Origin: Squalus acanthias
Lineage: Eukaryota
Length of the DNA stretch: 64,000 bases
Assembly (NCBI GenBank): GCA_030390025.1
Contig: CM059425.1
Location: 165,418,001-165,482,000 of the forward strand
Reading direction: 5' to 3'
How positions within the stretch are numbered: position 1 is the first letter of the stretch; every line of letters starts with the position of its first letter. Position numbers and translations under genes: made by a program. The notes beneath the pieces were generated by a model. That model did not search any database. It was not told the DNA's origin and worked only from the letters and a program-made list of their open reading frames with translations. This document shows, in pieces, positions 23,306 through 36,943 of this stretch.

Positions 23306-24233
23306 AAAGTGGCAGTGGACTCCTATAGGCATGCTGCAGAAGCTCCATGACAAGCAGTCCAATCCATTCAGCAATTAGTGGTGCACAAAAATCATCCTTC
23401 TTTTAAAGTCTGGGTCCTTGAAGTCTACATCTCTGTCCTCTTCAGCAGAGCTTGGACTCGAGCTTGCCATCCAGTGAGCTGTTTCCTGGGCCATCCATTC
23501 AACCTGCACTTGTTTTTGCGCACTTGTGCTCGATGAATCATCCAGTGCAGCTCCCTTTAACTCACTATCTATAGTGGTGGGGTGCCAGTTTCTGTGCTGG
23601 TGCTTCAAAGGATGAGAGCGAGTGATGGTGAATCTTCAGGAGGGTTCTGCTCCTCAGCATGTTCTGCAGTAAGGCTGAAGATTTCTGATGGACCTAGAAA
23701 GTGTGGCGAGGGACAAGGATTAACAAGTAGGTAAACAGTGGCAGATTATTGGTAGCGCTAAGCAGCACCAGGTTGTCATGCTGAGTGTGTGAGCAAGAGA
23801 GTTAGGTATCAAGAGAGAAGGAAGGGAAGATTCCCAAACACTCTGCTGTGTGTGGTCTCCAGCCTTGCCACCTCCAATGTTGCATGCCCTCCCTTTGCCA
23901 ATTGTGTTGATGACGGCCTCCTCCAATGGTGTGAGCACTGAGGTGAGTGCTCTTCCGAATGAGAAATTTTCCTGGGGAAATTCCTCCCCCCCCCCACCCA
24001 GAGGTAGAGGACCTCCATCCTTCTGCTCACTTGCACCATTAGCACCTTCATGGGATCATTCGAAAATCTGAGGACCTGGATTTAGTCATCTTGCCAGCAG
24101 GTTTTGAAAAACGAGTCCCACTAACCAGCATATGAAAAGACCACCTCCCCTTTAAGAGATGCAGTTGCCTTTAAATTATATCCCCATTGGATTTCCCGCC
24201 CTCCCAATCAGGAGCACAATTATCCCAGGCAAC

Positions 24234-24395
24234 AAATGTTCCCGTTAAACTGTGTGGCCGTGCAGCGGTCTGGAGGTCCTGTGTAGGCTGCTTGCTGGCC
24301 TTATAATGGAAAAATCGCGCAGCGTGGACATTTGAATGGGCTGCGCAGCCTGTTAAAGGGTCCACACATCCCCCCAAAAATTAGAGGGAACATTG
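24234..24395 (+). mobile_element. hAT-type MITE
   Basis: TIR (C/A)AATGTTCCC..TAA / TTAGAGGGAACATTG; 8-bp TSD CAGGCAAC/CTGGCAAC; second copy at 36944. Confidence 0.75.
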
Positions 24396-24544
24396 CTGGC
24401 AACTTGCTGATTTTAGTAAAATTGGACTCGACCACGAAAATGGATCAGGCCTGCGGCTCAGTGCAGACGCTCACCATCCAACTGATTTGCAACTTTAGAA
24501 GAAATTGAACAAATTGGAGGTGGGGGATAAACTCCCCAAACTAA

Positions 24545-27059
24545 GGCCGTGGTTTCGCCGACGCAGCCCGCTCCCGGCTCCAGCCCGCTCTCTCCGAGTG
24601 ATTTTACGTAGATTGGCCTTGTTAAGCCCGCACTGCGAGGTTCCCGGCCAATTAAGCGGAAGCGGGTCTGCTGACGTCATTTGATGACGCATCATCAGCA
24701 GGTTTCCTTAAAGGGACCAAGTCCACATTCATTTTGACAGTTGTTCTGTTAGTGTTCTACAGCATTGAGGTGCTGCAAACACTGACAATCACTGCACAGA
24801 GGTGCATGGCTGCACCCAGGCTCTCGCATGACTCCCTCCATATGCTTATGGAGGGAGTCACAGCACAAGGGAGGTTCTCTTCTCTTCCAAGGGTGGAAGA
24901 GACCGCCCCAGGAGACCAACGCAGCCTGGTTGCACATTGCACAGGAGGGCACAAGCAGGGATGTTGTCAGGAGGACCAGGCTGCAGTGGCGCAAACCTTT
25001 CAATGATCTCAGTAGATCACAAAACGTTACTGCAAAGCCACACTCAACCTCAACCTGCTGTGCCACTCATCACATCCCCATAACTCTGCCTTCCGTACCC
25101 TACCCCTGCACATCTTTACTCACACCAACTTACCTTGCACCTCCACCCATCCCTCTCTATCTACATTGGGCCAGAAATTCGGCTCCCTGGCTTCCCGTGG
25201 GCGCAAGGATCACGCGCACACCTACCTACCGTGCCTACCGTTGACCCCTGGGCCTGCAGGGGATTCCGGTCCTGGGCCTGCTCCAAGTGCCGGCGCGCAG
25301 TGCTTGTGTATTCCAGGGGCATAGTTAGTGCGATGCGTCCCCTGGGATCACGTGGGCCATGGAGAGCCAATGGCAGCAGACCATCTTTCATTCATAGATT
25401 TCACAGGAAGACCTGTCAAATCTATGAATACAGATCGGCCCCAAAACATCCCTAAAACTACAAATAAATTTTTTTTAAAACATCACATTTTTAAAATAAC
25501 TATAAATTACATTAATTAACTATTTTAAACAAAAATTTAAATTTTTGAAAAAATTAATTACACTTTTTAACGGGGCTAAAACTAAACTTACCTTTCTTTA
25601 AAGTAATTAAAAAAGATAAATCTGTGGAAAAAAATGTTTACATTTTAATAAAATCAACACTTACCTTGTTAAAAGAAGGCCTTGCGCCTCCTTTTTCAAT
25701 GTGCATCTTCTCCGTGCTTACCCTCACGGAGGAACCTGTAAAAAAAACCCGAAGTGCGAGGCGAACGTGCTGGCCCTCCGGCGTGCACATTCGACCTCTG
25801 AACCCCTTCCTTCAGGGGAACGGAAGTGCCGGTTTCCCGCGCATGTGCAGTGCAAGAAACCGGCACTTTCGTTCCGTCCACGGGTGAGTACATAGTGCGT
25901 ACTCATCCGTGGCGAGCCTAATTTCTGCCCCATTATCACTTCCCCATCTCACTAGGCACCCCTCATACTCACCCTCATCCTACTGCAAGCATACGAACTA
26001 ACAATACTCAAGGGTAGGCACCTGGGTGGTTTAGCCAACATTCATGTGAAGTTTCTGTTAATGTGCTGTCAAACATTGAAATCTATATTTTCAACACTTT
26101 ACCTTATTGGACAGATCTGTGCTCACCTTTTGAAGTGTCTTAGTGAGTTCCAGTGAATGTTGAGACATAACTTCCGCCCACTCCCCAATTGTGATGAGTG
26201 TGAAAGGAATGGCTTGGGCATTGTAGGGATGCTTTACGGTGCTGGTGTGGGGTGGTGTTAACCTGGCGCATCATGTGGCAGCCAGGGTGCACAGCATCAA
26301 GTGAAGTAAATCTGGCCATGGTGAGGCCATCCCTGGCCTCCCGGGCAGCAATGTGGTCGGGTGCTGATGCCCTGTGTCCTGTGCAGCATCAAGTGATTGC
26401 GGAGAAGGTTGGTGTTGTTGTTGGTGATGTTGGTGTGCCTGGTGATGTTGTTGCTGGGACTGTTCGTGGAAGGATTCAGAGGACCAAGGTGAGAGTTTTT
26501 CAATGGCACCGATGTTGCTGGAATAGATGGCAGCTGAAGTTGAGATGACAGAAGCGATCTGTCAATGATGAGAGAGGTTGCTCCAAGGAGGTGACAGTGG
26601 ATAAAGAGTTTACTACAAACACTTCCAAACTCCATGAAGCTCAAAAGTGTCTTCCAACTCCTGAAGGCTCAAGCTTCTGACATTGGAAAGTGACCAGCTG
26701 TGAAATGGTAGCTTTCGTACCACTTTTGCAGCTGTCACCTATTCACAGCAATGGGGAGACATAGAGAACCCGACCTACTTACCTGACGTGATCTCTGAAC
26801 GATGTCATCCCATTAAAAAGTGGTAAAATAGAAATAGGCTGGCAAAATACTAGTTAACAAGCGATAACAAGCATTTAACGATCTTAAATGCCTCCCCCGC
26901 CACTTGGTGTCGGGTCGTTCTGAAATCGCAGACCCAACACTTTGGAAACTTACATGGAGACGGGTTAGGATTGGGCTCCCAACCCGCTGTCAATCATTTT
27001 GATTTTGACAGCGGACCCGCCTCCAAACCCGCCCTCTGAGCGCCAGTAAAATTCAGCCC
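24545..27059. mobile_element. Non-autonomous Harbinger (family B) retaining Myb exon 1 and fused transposase ends
   Basis: TSD TAA; ends GGCCGTGGTTT / AAAATTCAGCCC; PRLSHDSLHMLMEGV, AWLHIAQE, RKPFNDL; right end similar to 15860-16271. Confidence 0.85.
25168..25931 (+). mobile_element. Harbinger-type MITE (family C) nested in the 24545 element
   Basis: TIR GGGCCAGAAATT / AATTTCTGCCCC; TSD ATT; empty site CTATCTACATTATCAC at ~28233-28248. Confidence 0.9.
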
Positions 27060-27583
27060 TAAGACTTCAGACTGGTGTCCTTTTTATGCTAGACAGGAAA
27101 CTTTATTGTTGTAGATGGCATCCCATCCATCTCCTTCTATAGTAAGGCAAGTCCTGATGGCTGTTTCCTGCAGCACCATCAGAGGCACAAGCTGCAGAGT
27201 TGCTGGGGGGTTGCAGGAAGGGAGGGGGAGAATTAATTTTCAAATACAGAAAATCCTTCTGTATTCACCCAGAGGGGGACATGTTACCTGTTACACAAGC
27301 ACACCTTAAATCATAGGGTCAGTTCTCATTCTAAGCAAACTCCCTGTACTAGCTTTACTGAGTCAAGTGGTTTGGGCTTGAGTTGTATTTTCGGTCACCT
27401 TCAAGCAGTTGCCAAATTAAATTCAGGCCTACTGTTCTGAGTATGGGATTGTTCCAATGATTGCTTTGGAAAGTACCCAAACTGGGCACTGCAGGTCAAA
27501 GTACACTTTTCTCCTTTAACTATTAGGCAAAACCACAATACAGATGTTATAGAACACAATGAAAGTGCATATAAGGAAACATA

Positions 27584-29940
27584 GGCTGCGATTCTATGAA
27601 CCTCGGCGGGTCCGTGGTGGGCGATGTCGGTGGCGGGTCCCGACCCCACTGCTGTCTCCATCCCGGCGTCTGAAATGAATTTTCGTTGATGGGGCTTGTT
27701 AAGCCCACCTTGCGCGTTTCCGGCCAATTAGAGGAAGCGGGTCTGGTGACGTCATTTGATGACACGTCATCAGAAAGTTTCTTTAAAGGGACCATGGCCA
27801 AATTTATTTTGACATTTGTGCTGTCACTGTTCTACAGCATTGAGGTGCTGCAAACACTGACAAGCACTGCACAGAGGTGCACGGCTGCACCCAGGCTCTC
27901 CCATGACTCCCTCCATATGCTTATGGAAGGAGTCAGTGCACACAGGGCAGTCCTCTTCCCTTCCCATGGGTGGAAGAGACCTCTCTAGGAGATCAACACA
28001 GCCTGGTTGCACATTGCAGAGGAGGTCACAAGCAGGGATGTGGTCAGGAGGACCTGGTGCAGTGCTGCAAACGTTTCAATGATCTCAGTAGATCACGAAA
28101 CGTTAGTACAAAGCCACACACAACCTCATCCTGCTGTGCCTCACATCACATCCCCATCACTCTGCCTTCCCTACCCTACTCCTGCACATCCTTACTCACA
28201 CCAACTTACCTTGGACCTCCACCCATCCCTCTCTATCTACATTATCACTTCCCCATCTCACTAGGCACCCCTCACACTCACCCTCATCCTAGTCCAATCA
28301 TACCAACTAACAACACACTTGGGTGTTTTATGCAATGTTCATGTAAAGTTTCTGTTAATGTGGTGTCAAACATTGAAACCTTTATTTTCAACACTTTGAG
28401 TTCTTGGACAGATTTGTGTGCACCTTTGGAAGTGGCTTAGTGAGTTGCAGTGAATGATGAGACATAACGGTACCACCGCAATGGTCATGAGTGTGAAAGG
28501 AATGGCTTGGGCATTGTAGGGATGCTTTATGGTGTTGGTGTGGGGTGGTGCCAACCTGACGCATCATGTGGCAGCCAGGGTGTACAGCATCAAGTGAAGT
28601 AAATCTGGCCATGGTGAGGCCATCCCTGGCCTCCCGGGCAGCAATGTGGTCAGGTGCTGATGCCCTGTATCCTGTGCAGCATCAATTGATTGTGGAGAAG
28701 GTTGGTGTTGTTGGTGCTGCTGGTGTGCCTGGTGATGTTGGTGTTGGGACTGATTGTGGTGGGATTCTGGGGACCAAGGTGAGAGAGTTTCAAGGGCACC
28801 CATGCTGATGGAATACATAGATACATAGATACATAGAAGATAGGAGCAGGAGTAGGCCATCCGGCCCTTCGAGCCTGCTCCGCCATTTAATGAGATCATG
28901 GCTGATCCTCCAATTCAGTATCCCGTCCCCGCCTTCTCTCCGTAACCCTTAACCCCTTTTGCCTGTAGAAATATATCTAATTCCCTCTTAAATATATTTA
29001 ATGAGCTGGCGTACACTGCCCTCTGTGGCAATGAGTTCCACTGGTTCACCACCCTCTGAGTGAAGAAATTCCCCCTCATTTCTGTCCTAAATTGTTTAGC
29101 CCTTATCCTTAAATGATGTCCTCTAGTTCTGTTCTCACCCGCCAAGGGAAACATTCCTTCTGCATCTAGTCTGTCTAGACCTGTCAGAATTTTATACACT
29201 TCTATGAGGTCCCCTCTCAATCTTCTAAACTCCAGTGTGTACATCCCTAAACTACATAGTCTCTCCTCATAGGTCAATCCCGCCATTCCTGGTATCAGCC
29301 TGGTGAATCGCCGCTGCACCCCCTCCATGGCAAGAACATCTTTCCTCAGATGAGGCGACCAAAACTGTACACAGTACTCGAGGTGTGGTCTCACCAGTGC
29401 CCTGTACAGCTGCAGGAATAGATGGCAGGTGAAGTAGAGATGACAGAAGCAATGTGTTAATGGTGGGAGAGGTAATGAGGTCAGACTGGATGGAGAGTTA
29501 TGTAAAGACTTGCAGCATCCTGAACCTGTAGTGGAAATGCAGTTTAGAAAAGCTAGTGATTAAGGAAACATTTCGCAATCAGCTGGGAGCTTTGACTTGA
29601 CATTTGAAGATGTCAGCTCATCAGCTGATTCAATGGCCACTGACCTCCCGCCTCAGCTTCACAGACGAGGTCTAGGCATAGTGGGAAACCGGTGGGTGAC
29701 CTGTCAAATCCAAAAAGCTGGGAGAAAACCATTGATAGTGGCTGTAAACAAGCCACTAATGATTTTAATTGCCTCCCCGCCACTGCGTGTTGGATCTGCT
29801 CAGTGCTGACAGACCTGACATTTGGTAAAGGCACGTGGTGGCAGGTTCACAGCCGGGGTCCCGACCCGCTGGGGAAAAAAACACTTTCCCACCCGACCTG
29901 CTACCGATCGTGCCCGCTGACCCCCCGCAAAATCCAGCCC
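27584..29940. mobile_element. Second non-autonomous Harbinger (family B) with a CR1 insertion
   Basis: Ends GGCTGCGATTCT / AAAATCCAGCCC; left ~1.2 kb highly similar to the 24545 copy; TSD not matched. Confidence 0.8.
28816..29414 (-). mobile_element. 5'-truncated CR1 LINE
   Basis: RPHLEYCVQFWSPHLRKD ORF; (TATGTATC)n tail; TSD GGAATA; empty site at ~26520. Confidence 0.93.
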
Positions 29941-31254
29941 AGCGTATCACAAAGGGTGCACCCTGAAAAAAACTAAGCATTAAATTACGTAATTTTTGGA
30001 TGTGGTACATATCCTGCCACAGGGCTTGAAGGGTTAACATGTGTTCTTTGTTTCCTAAAGGAGGCTCATTGTATTTAATGGTCAATACTGAGGGGTCATT
30101 CTATCAATTAATAAAGATACAATTTATTTTTCCACAGGCTTATACAAAAATCTGCATTAAATTAAAAATGTTTGACTCCAATTCTTTGTGTTAATGGTTT
30201 TAGCAACAGCTACTACAATATTATATTCTTTCAACAGCTGCTTTTGATTTTACACCCAATCTTACATGCTGAGCTTTAACGCTGAATTTTTCATTTTAAA
30301 TTTGCAATGACACTTAATTACTGTCTGTGGACAGAAACATATTTGATTCTCATTCGAGGCAACCCCTCCTGCTCAGCTATTCACTCCATGTCACATCATA
30401 AATGTTTTAAATTCACTTTCCTTGTAAGATACACTTTGCATTCTCTTCTGTCTCCCTGCAATCAATTTTTAAATAAAATGTTATTGGTTTTACTGTAATA
30501 AAGAAGATTGCAATGGTTCCTGTGAGATTTAATTTTGCACAAGAATATACAGTGAAAGTGATTGTGTTAAATTAGGAATCTGTTATTTGAGTTCACCATA
30601 TATATTGAACAGAAATAAGATTATGTGGTCAATATTAGATTATCAATAATTCAGTGTGGAGAATAAGCTTAGGATTTCAGTTTCTATATAGTTTTAATAA
30701 CTTTCAGTCAATATGTTTCACCAACAATTATACTCATTAATTACTTCAAATAGATTTAAACATAATTTAGAACTCCAAATTAAAGTAATATTTGACATTT
30801 TGGTGTTACAATATTAAATCTTACAGCTTTATTTATTGTACAAAAAATAATTTGAAAAGAAATCTTTTTAAAGTAAATATTGCAGACAGAAAAGAAATAG
30901 ATGGAGAGTATCAGTATCAGTGAGAGATCACTATGTTAGATGAAAAGTAATAGAGAACCCCTTGAGCTGTATCACAAAAAAAAATGACATGGTGTATTGT
31001 AGTTACATTACAACAAATAATGTTTAATCTAGCTATGTGAATGTGTGGGCCTATGCTTGACTAAGAGGCAGGGAATTGATCTACAAGTTCTCTGATCCAC
31101 CATAGCCATCAATAGTCAGGAGTCTGGCACCTTTAAGAATGGATGGGATGGCATTTTCATATTTAAATTCTACGCAACATGCCAACATATTTGAGATCAA
31201 CACATTGCTTGCTATGCTACACATACATAACATTTCTCATCTGTGTTAAAATAT

Positions 31255-31700
31255 TAGACTTGACTCAGTGTTAGCACTCTCGCCTCTAAGTCAGAAGGTT
31301 GTGAGTTGAAGCTCCACTCCACGACTTGAGTATGTAATCTAGGCTGGCATTTCAGTGGAGTGCTGCACTGTCAGGTCTTTTGGATGAGATGCCAATCTGA
31401 GGTCCCGTCGGCCTCCTCGGGTGGACATAAAAGATCCTGTGGAACTATTCGAAGAAAAGCAGGCGAGTTCTCCCTGGTGTCTTGGCCAATATTTATCCCT
31501 CAACCAACATCACTAAAACAGATTATCTGGTCATTATATCATTGCTATTTATGGGATCTTTCTGTGTCCAATTTGGCTGCTGCATTTCCTACATTACAAC
31601 AGTGACTACACTTCAAAAGTACTTCATTGGCTGTAAAGAACTTTGGGACATCCTGAGCTCGTGAAAGGCGCTATATCAACGGAAGTTCTTTCTTTTCTTT
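31255..31700 (+). mobile_element. tRNA-derived Deu-domain SINE (SacSINE1/AmnSINE1-like)
   Basis: A/B-box-like head TTGACTCAGTGTTAG..GAGTTGAAGCTCC; central CTGGTGTCTTGGCCAATATTTATCCCTCAACC..AAACAGATTATCTGG; L2-like tail. Family name recalled, not searched. Confidence 0.75.
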
Positions 31701-32099
31701 CATAAATAGTGCAGAAAAATCATAGTATTGTGAGTGGAAATAGTCACGTTTTAGGGACAATATGATGGCACCAGATTTGGTTACTGTGGAAATGCTGTGA
31801 TATTATTTCATTGTTCTTTTATACTGGTGCACCATGTGCTCAGCATAATCTTCAACTACCCTAATTTGTGTTTCCCTGGTTACACTGTGTAAATACTTGA
31901 TGTTTAAGACATTTCATATTTCATATTCCATCTTCATGTTGAAATCCTTTTGCCAGTGCCAAATTGACAAATGAATCATAATTCACAATATGCACATACC
32001 GTTGATTTTGGTGCATTTGAATTTCTTGTTTTATTTCTACAATGTCACTCGGGGAGGTCATTGTATAGTCTTAGCATATGCCAGCATAATAGTTTTGCC

Positions 32100-32200
32100 A
32101 TAAGAACAGAAAATGCTGGAGACACTCAGCAGGTCAGGCAGCATCTGCGAAAAGAGAAAGGTACGGTTAACGTTTCAGGTTTTATGACCCTTCACCAGAC
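32100..32200 (-). mobile_element. Penelope-like terminus with a mutated hammerhead
   Basis: Minus strand CTGGTGAAGGGTCATAAAACCTGAAACGTTAAC; similar to 21125-21367. Confidence 0.6.
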
Positions 32201-33425
32201 GTCCTTGTGCATTTGAATTCCTGATGGTTTTCAATGCAAATAGAGTTCAACGTCCTCTGCACTGGTCTAATGTCCGCATTAGAGATTGTGCAGTCCTATA
32301 TTCCTATGTTCCTAAAGTCACTGGGATATATAAAGAATGGGGGAGGGGGGCTTAATTAAGTATGTCTATAGGTAACCATGGGTTCCAGAACCTTGATTGA
32401 GTGGCTGAGGGAGTTGGGGAGCAATTTCTTATTTTTTTCCTGAAATTGGCCACGTTTTTTCTGTGCCTCCCCAGTGGTTAACATTGAGTGGTTAGAGAAG
32501 ATTGTGCACTGCCTAATGAGCATCAATGGACCTGTTGGTTTTTCCTTGCCCTTGTGTATGTTCATATGATTACAATATATAATTAGACGTTCAGAATTGC
32601 TAATAAATTTTAATGACGCTTTGGATAAAGACTCATTGTCATACCTGAAGAGGAAGACAACATGGATATTCAAATTAAAATGAGGGAAGGGGATGTAATC
32701 TGCCATTAGTGAAGATCAAGCATCCCAGAACATAGACAGAATGAAGTTCAGAGAAGACATCAATCTAGGCGTTCTGCTCCATCTTGGTTGTGGTGCATCT
32801 GCAGTGGGGTGCGACTTCCAACCACTCTCAAGATGCCCTCCCTGGCCCCAGCCTTATTTCTGATCCTAGAGTCTTAAACATTTGGGAGGCAGGATCCTTG
32901 GCCTCCACTAGGAAGTCACACAAGTCTGGGAGAAATAATTGTTGTGGCAGGCCTTGGGGACTTTGCACAGTGGGAGAAAGAGATGGCCAGCGAGCTGCCT
33001 GATCAAAAACAGTCTTATTTATAAAAAAATAATTAAAATGTTATTAATGGGGCACTTACATGACAGAGCTCTCAAAGGTTACAAAGGCCCCTCTTTGGTT
33101 TTTGCTCTGCCTGTCTCTGAATGCTAGATACCAGGGCCAAACAGGACAACCAGCCAGGTTTCCCTCGTTTGCATCTCTTTATCATGCAGCTGCCCAAATA
33201 TGGGCAGGAGTAGTTTCCCTGTTGAAACCAGCCCATGCAAAACAGTGAGGAGACACAGACACAGTGAAGTGCATCCCTACATTTCTTTTTATCTCCAGAT
33301 CTGTTGAAAAATCAATCCATTCCAGCATCTTTAATAGGTCATAACACAAAAAGCTGTGACCATAAAAGGACCACCTAAGATACATGAAGGGAACATATCA
33401 GCCACAGAGGGCAGGACATCTCCCT

Positions 33426-33521
33426 CCAACCCTTCCCCCACCAACCCCCTCCCCCACCAACCCCCTCCCCCACCAACCCCCTCCCCCACCAACCCCCTCC
33501 CCCACCAACCCCCTCCCCCCA
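33426..33521. repeat. C-rich 16-bp minisatellite (CCAACCCCCTCCCCCA) x ~6
   Basis: Read directly from the sequence. Confidence 0.9.
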
Positions 33522-33925
33522 TTCCATCTCGAGAGCCAACAGGAGCAAGGAGCAAAGAGGTTATATTAGGTTTATATTAGTAGCTATTGCTGGGCAAATT
33601 ATAGATGTGAAACTTTCAATTGCAAGCTGTATACTTGAAGCATTGACTTGTGTCAAAAACATAAGTATGGTTAAAAGTGGCACAGTGCATCCATTATATG
33701 AGCCTTGGGGGATGACTAACTGTTCCAGGCCACAGATGCTCTACTGTTACTGTTAGAGTGACTCAGTCATATCTCCTGGTGACTGGGGGAAGTAGCATGT
33801 TGGCAGTGGGACCAGTGAACAGTGTGGAGCTCCTATTTATCCAGCATCACAGCAGTATGAGTAGCTGTGAAGCTGCGGCCCCTGCTTGTATGAATATGGA
33901 GCCATTACTGTATCCTTCAGTGTAG

Positions 33926-36165
33926 TAAATTGGGAAGACTGAAGCCATTCTTTTCGGTCCCTGCCACAAACTCAGTTCTCTAGCCACTGACTCCATCCCT
34001 CTCCCTAACATCTGTCTGAGGTTGAACCACATTGTTTTTTTTTAATCGTTTTATGGGATGTGGGCGTCGCTGGCAAGGCCAGCATTTATTGCCCATACCT
34101 AATTGCCCTTGAGAAGGTGGTGGTGAGCCGCGTTCTTGAACCGCTGCAGTCCGGGTGGTGAAGGTACTCAGGTACTCCCACAGTGCTGTTAGGGAGGGAG
34201 TTCCAGGATTTTGACCCAGCGACGATGAAGGATCAGTGATATATTTCTAAGTCAGGATGATGTGTGACTTGGAGGGGAACTTGGAGGTGGTGGTGTTCAC
34301 ATGCGCCTGCTGCCCTTGTCCTTCTAGGTGGAAGAGATTGCGGGTTTGGAAGGTGCTGCCGAAGAAGCCTTGGCGAGTTGCTGCAGTGCATCTTGTAGAT
34401 GGTGCACACTGCAGCCACGGTACGCCGGTGGTGGAGGGAGTGAATGTTTAAGGTGGTGGATGTGGTGCCAATCAAGTGGGCTGCTTTGTCCTGGATGGTG
34501 TCGAGCTTCTTGAGTGTTGTTGGAGCTGCACTCATCCAGGCAAGTGGAGAGTATTCCATCAAACTCCTTACTTGTGCCTTGTAGATGGTGGAAAGGCTTT
34601 GGGGAGTCAGGAGGTGAGACACTCGTTGCAGCATACCTAGCCTCTGACCTGCTCTTTTTGCCACAGTATTTATGTGACAGGCCCAGTTAAGTTTCTGGTC
34701 AATGGTGACTCCAAAGATGTTGATGGTGGGGGATTCAGTGATGGGAAGACCGTTGAATGTCATGGGGAGGTGGTTAGACTCTCGTTTGTTGGAGATAGTC
34801 ATTGCCTGGCACTTCTGTGGCGCAAATGTTACCTGTCACTTATCAGCCCAATCCTGAACGTCGTCCAGGTCTTGTTGCATGCGGGCATGGAATGCTTCAT
34901 TATCTGTGGAGTTGTGAATGGCGCTGAACACTGTGCAGTCATCAGCGAACATCCACATTTCTATGTTGGAGGGAAGGCCATTGATGAAGCAGCTGAAGAT
35001 GGTTGGGCCTAGGACACTGCCCTGAGGAACTCCTACCGTGATGTCCTGGGGCTGTGATGATTGACCTTCAACCACCACAACCATCTTCCTTTGTGCTAGG
35101 TATGACTCCAGCCAGTGGAGTGTTTTCCCCCCGATTCCAATTGACTTCAGTTTTACTAGGGCTCCTTGATGCCACACTCAGTCAAATGCTGCCTTGATGT
35201 CAAGGGCAGTCACTCTCACCTCACCTCTGGAATTCAGCTCCTTTGTCCATGTTTTGCTGTAATGAGGTCGGGAGCCAAGTGGTCTTGGCGGAACCCAAAC
35301 TGGGTATCAGTGAGCAGGTTATTTGTGAGTAAGTGCCGCTTCATAGCACTGTCGATGACACCTTCCATCACTTTGCTGATGATTGAGAGTAGACTGATGG
35401 GGTGGTAATTGGCCGGGTTGGATTTGTCCTGCTTTTTGTGGACAGTTTGCAACCTTGGTGACCCTGAAATGAGCTTCTGACTACATACCCACAGCATAAC
35501 TAAGACCGCCTATTTCCACCTCCATAACATCACCCGTCTCCGCCCTTGTCTCAGCTCATCCACTGCCGAAACCCTCATCCATGCCTTTGTTACCTCTAGA
35601 CTTGACTATTCCAATGCACACCTGGCTGGCCTCCCACATTCTACCCTACGTAAAATTGAGGTGATCCAAATCTTGGCTGCCCGTGTCCTAACTCGCACCA
35701 AGTCCCGTTCACCCATCTCCCCTGTGCTCGCTGACCTACATTGGCTCCCAGTTAAGCAACGCCTCGATTTCCAAATTCTCATCCTTGTTTTCAAATCCCT
35801 CCATGGCCTTGCCCCTCCCTATCTCTGTAATCTCCTCCAGCCCCACAACCACCCAGGAGATACCTGCACTCCTCTAATTCTGCCCTCGATTATAATCGCT
35901 CAACCATTGGTGATCGTGCCTTCTGTTGCCTAGGCTCTAAGCTCTGGAATTCCCTGCCTAAACCTCTCCACCTCTCTACCTCTCTTTCCTCCTTTAAGAC
36001 ACTCCTTAAAACCTACCTCTTTGACCAAGCTTTTGGTCACCTGCCCTAATTTCTCCTTATGTGGTTCGGTGTCAAATTTTTTGTCTTTTAATATTCCTGT
36101 GAAGCGCCTTGGGATGTTTTACTACGTTAAAGGTGCTATATAAATACAAGTTGTTGTTGTTGTTG
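33926..36165 (+). mobile_element. L2 3' fragment split by a LINE insertion (33926-34033 plus ~35441-36165)
   Basis: Both halves are collinear with 7283-8147; (GTT)n tail. Confidence 0.88.
34034..35440 (-). mobile_element. 5'-truncated CR1-group LINE of a distinct family with a poly(A) tail
   Basis: NYHPISLLS, QFGFR, GVPQGSVLGP, MFADD, YKAQVRSLMEYS. Confidence 0.88.
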
Positions 36166-36943
36166 TATAAATGTGGGATTAAAATATTGTTTTTCTTTCC
36201 TCTTTCTTGCATTTTTCCCTCTGTCTTTCCCTTCTTCCTATATCTCTTTTGCTTGTGATCATTTGGGAATAGTGGTTAATAACGCAGCACAGCTCATGCT
36301 TTCTCTTAGTGGTAGGCAAAGGGGAGCGAGTGGTCTTGTCTGCAGGCTACAAATTGGCCCATCAGAACAGTCAGTCGGTACACAGTTTATTTCTTGGTGG
36401 GGTGCTGCTGGCTCATAAGTTTAGCATTAAAGAAAAAGTAACTTGAGAATATGAAAAGGGGTGTTGGTAATATTGGTGATATAATTTGTAATTGAAGCAA
36501 TCTACACACCATTCTCAGTTCCAACACTGAAAGCACCAGATTTTCACTCGCCATTTCAATAGCTAGGAGTTTCCACTTCAGTGTCATGGATGCAGGCTGG
36601 GAACGCAGATCAGGAAATTCCACACCCCACCCCATGATTTCAAACCATGAAAATTAATTGTCAGGTATTCACAAACTAAGGATGTGGAATTTCCCAGTAT
36701 GGGCTCTTGGCCTGTGCCAGAATCGCTGGAGCAGAAAACCCCGCCTGTTTTCTGCACACACATGGACCCCCGGAATTTCTCCACTGTGCAGGGCAGCCAG
36801 TGTAACAGAAAGGGTCTCTTCTGTCCTATTACAGACAATGGGAAGCAGAACGGTGAAAGATTGCTATCCTTTATCGGGAGGGTGATTGTGATTTCATGCA
36901 CAAGATTACTACTCAGTGTGGGAGAGTTGGTAGGCCTGATAAC

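Larger units (their letters stand above)
21980..24450. mobile_element. Old Harbinger relic (transposase + strand ~22000-22690; Myb-like - strand ~23330-24090) carrying three nested insertions
   Basis: SREAVTELYHLLQQEL..FPVALKVTAALNSFASGSFQ|VATGDISNI; LTPLEEAVINTIG resembles Myb exon 2 LTTTEEAALEIIG. Confidence 0.75.

Noticed and set aside
31255..31325. tRNA gene
   Set aside because: Degenerate SINE head continuing into a SINE body; no complete cloverleaf
33331..33580. Pro-rich or Gly-rich ORFs
   Set aside because: Translations of the C-rich minisatellite
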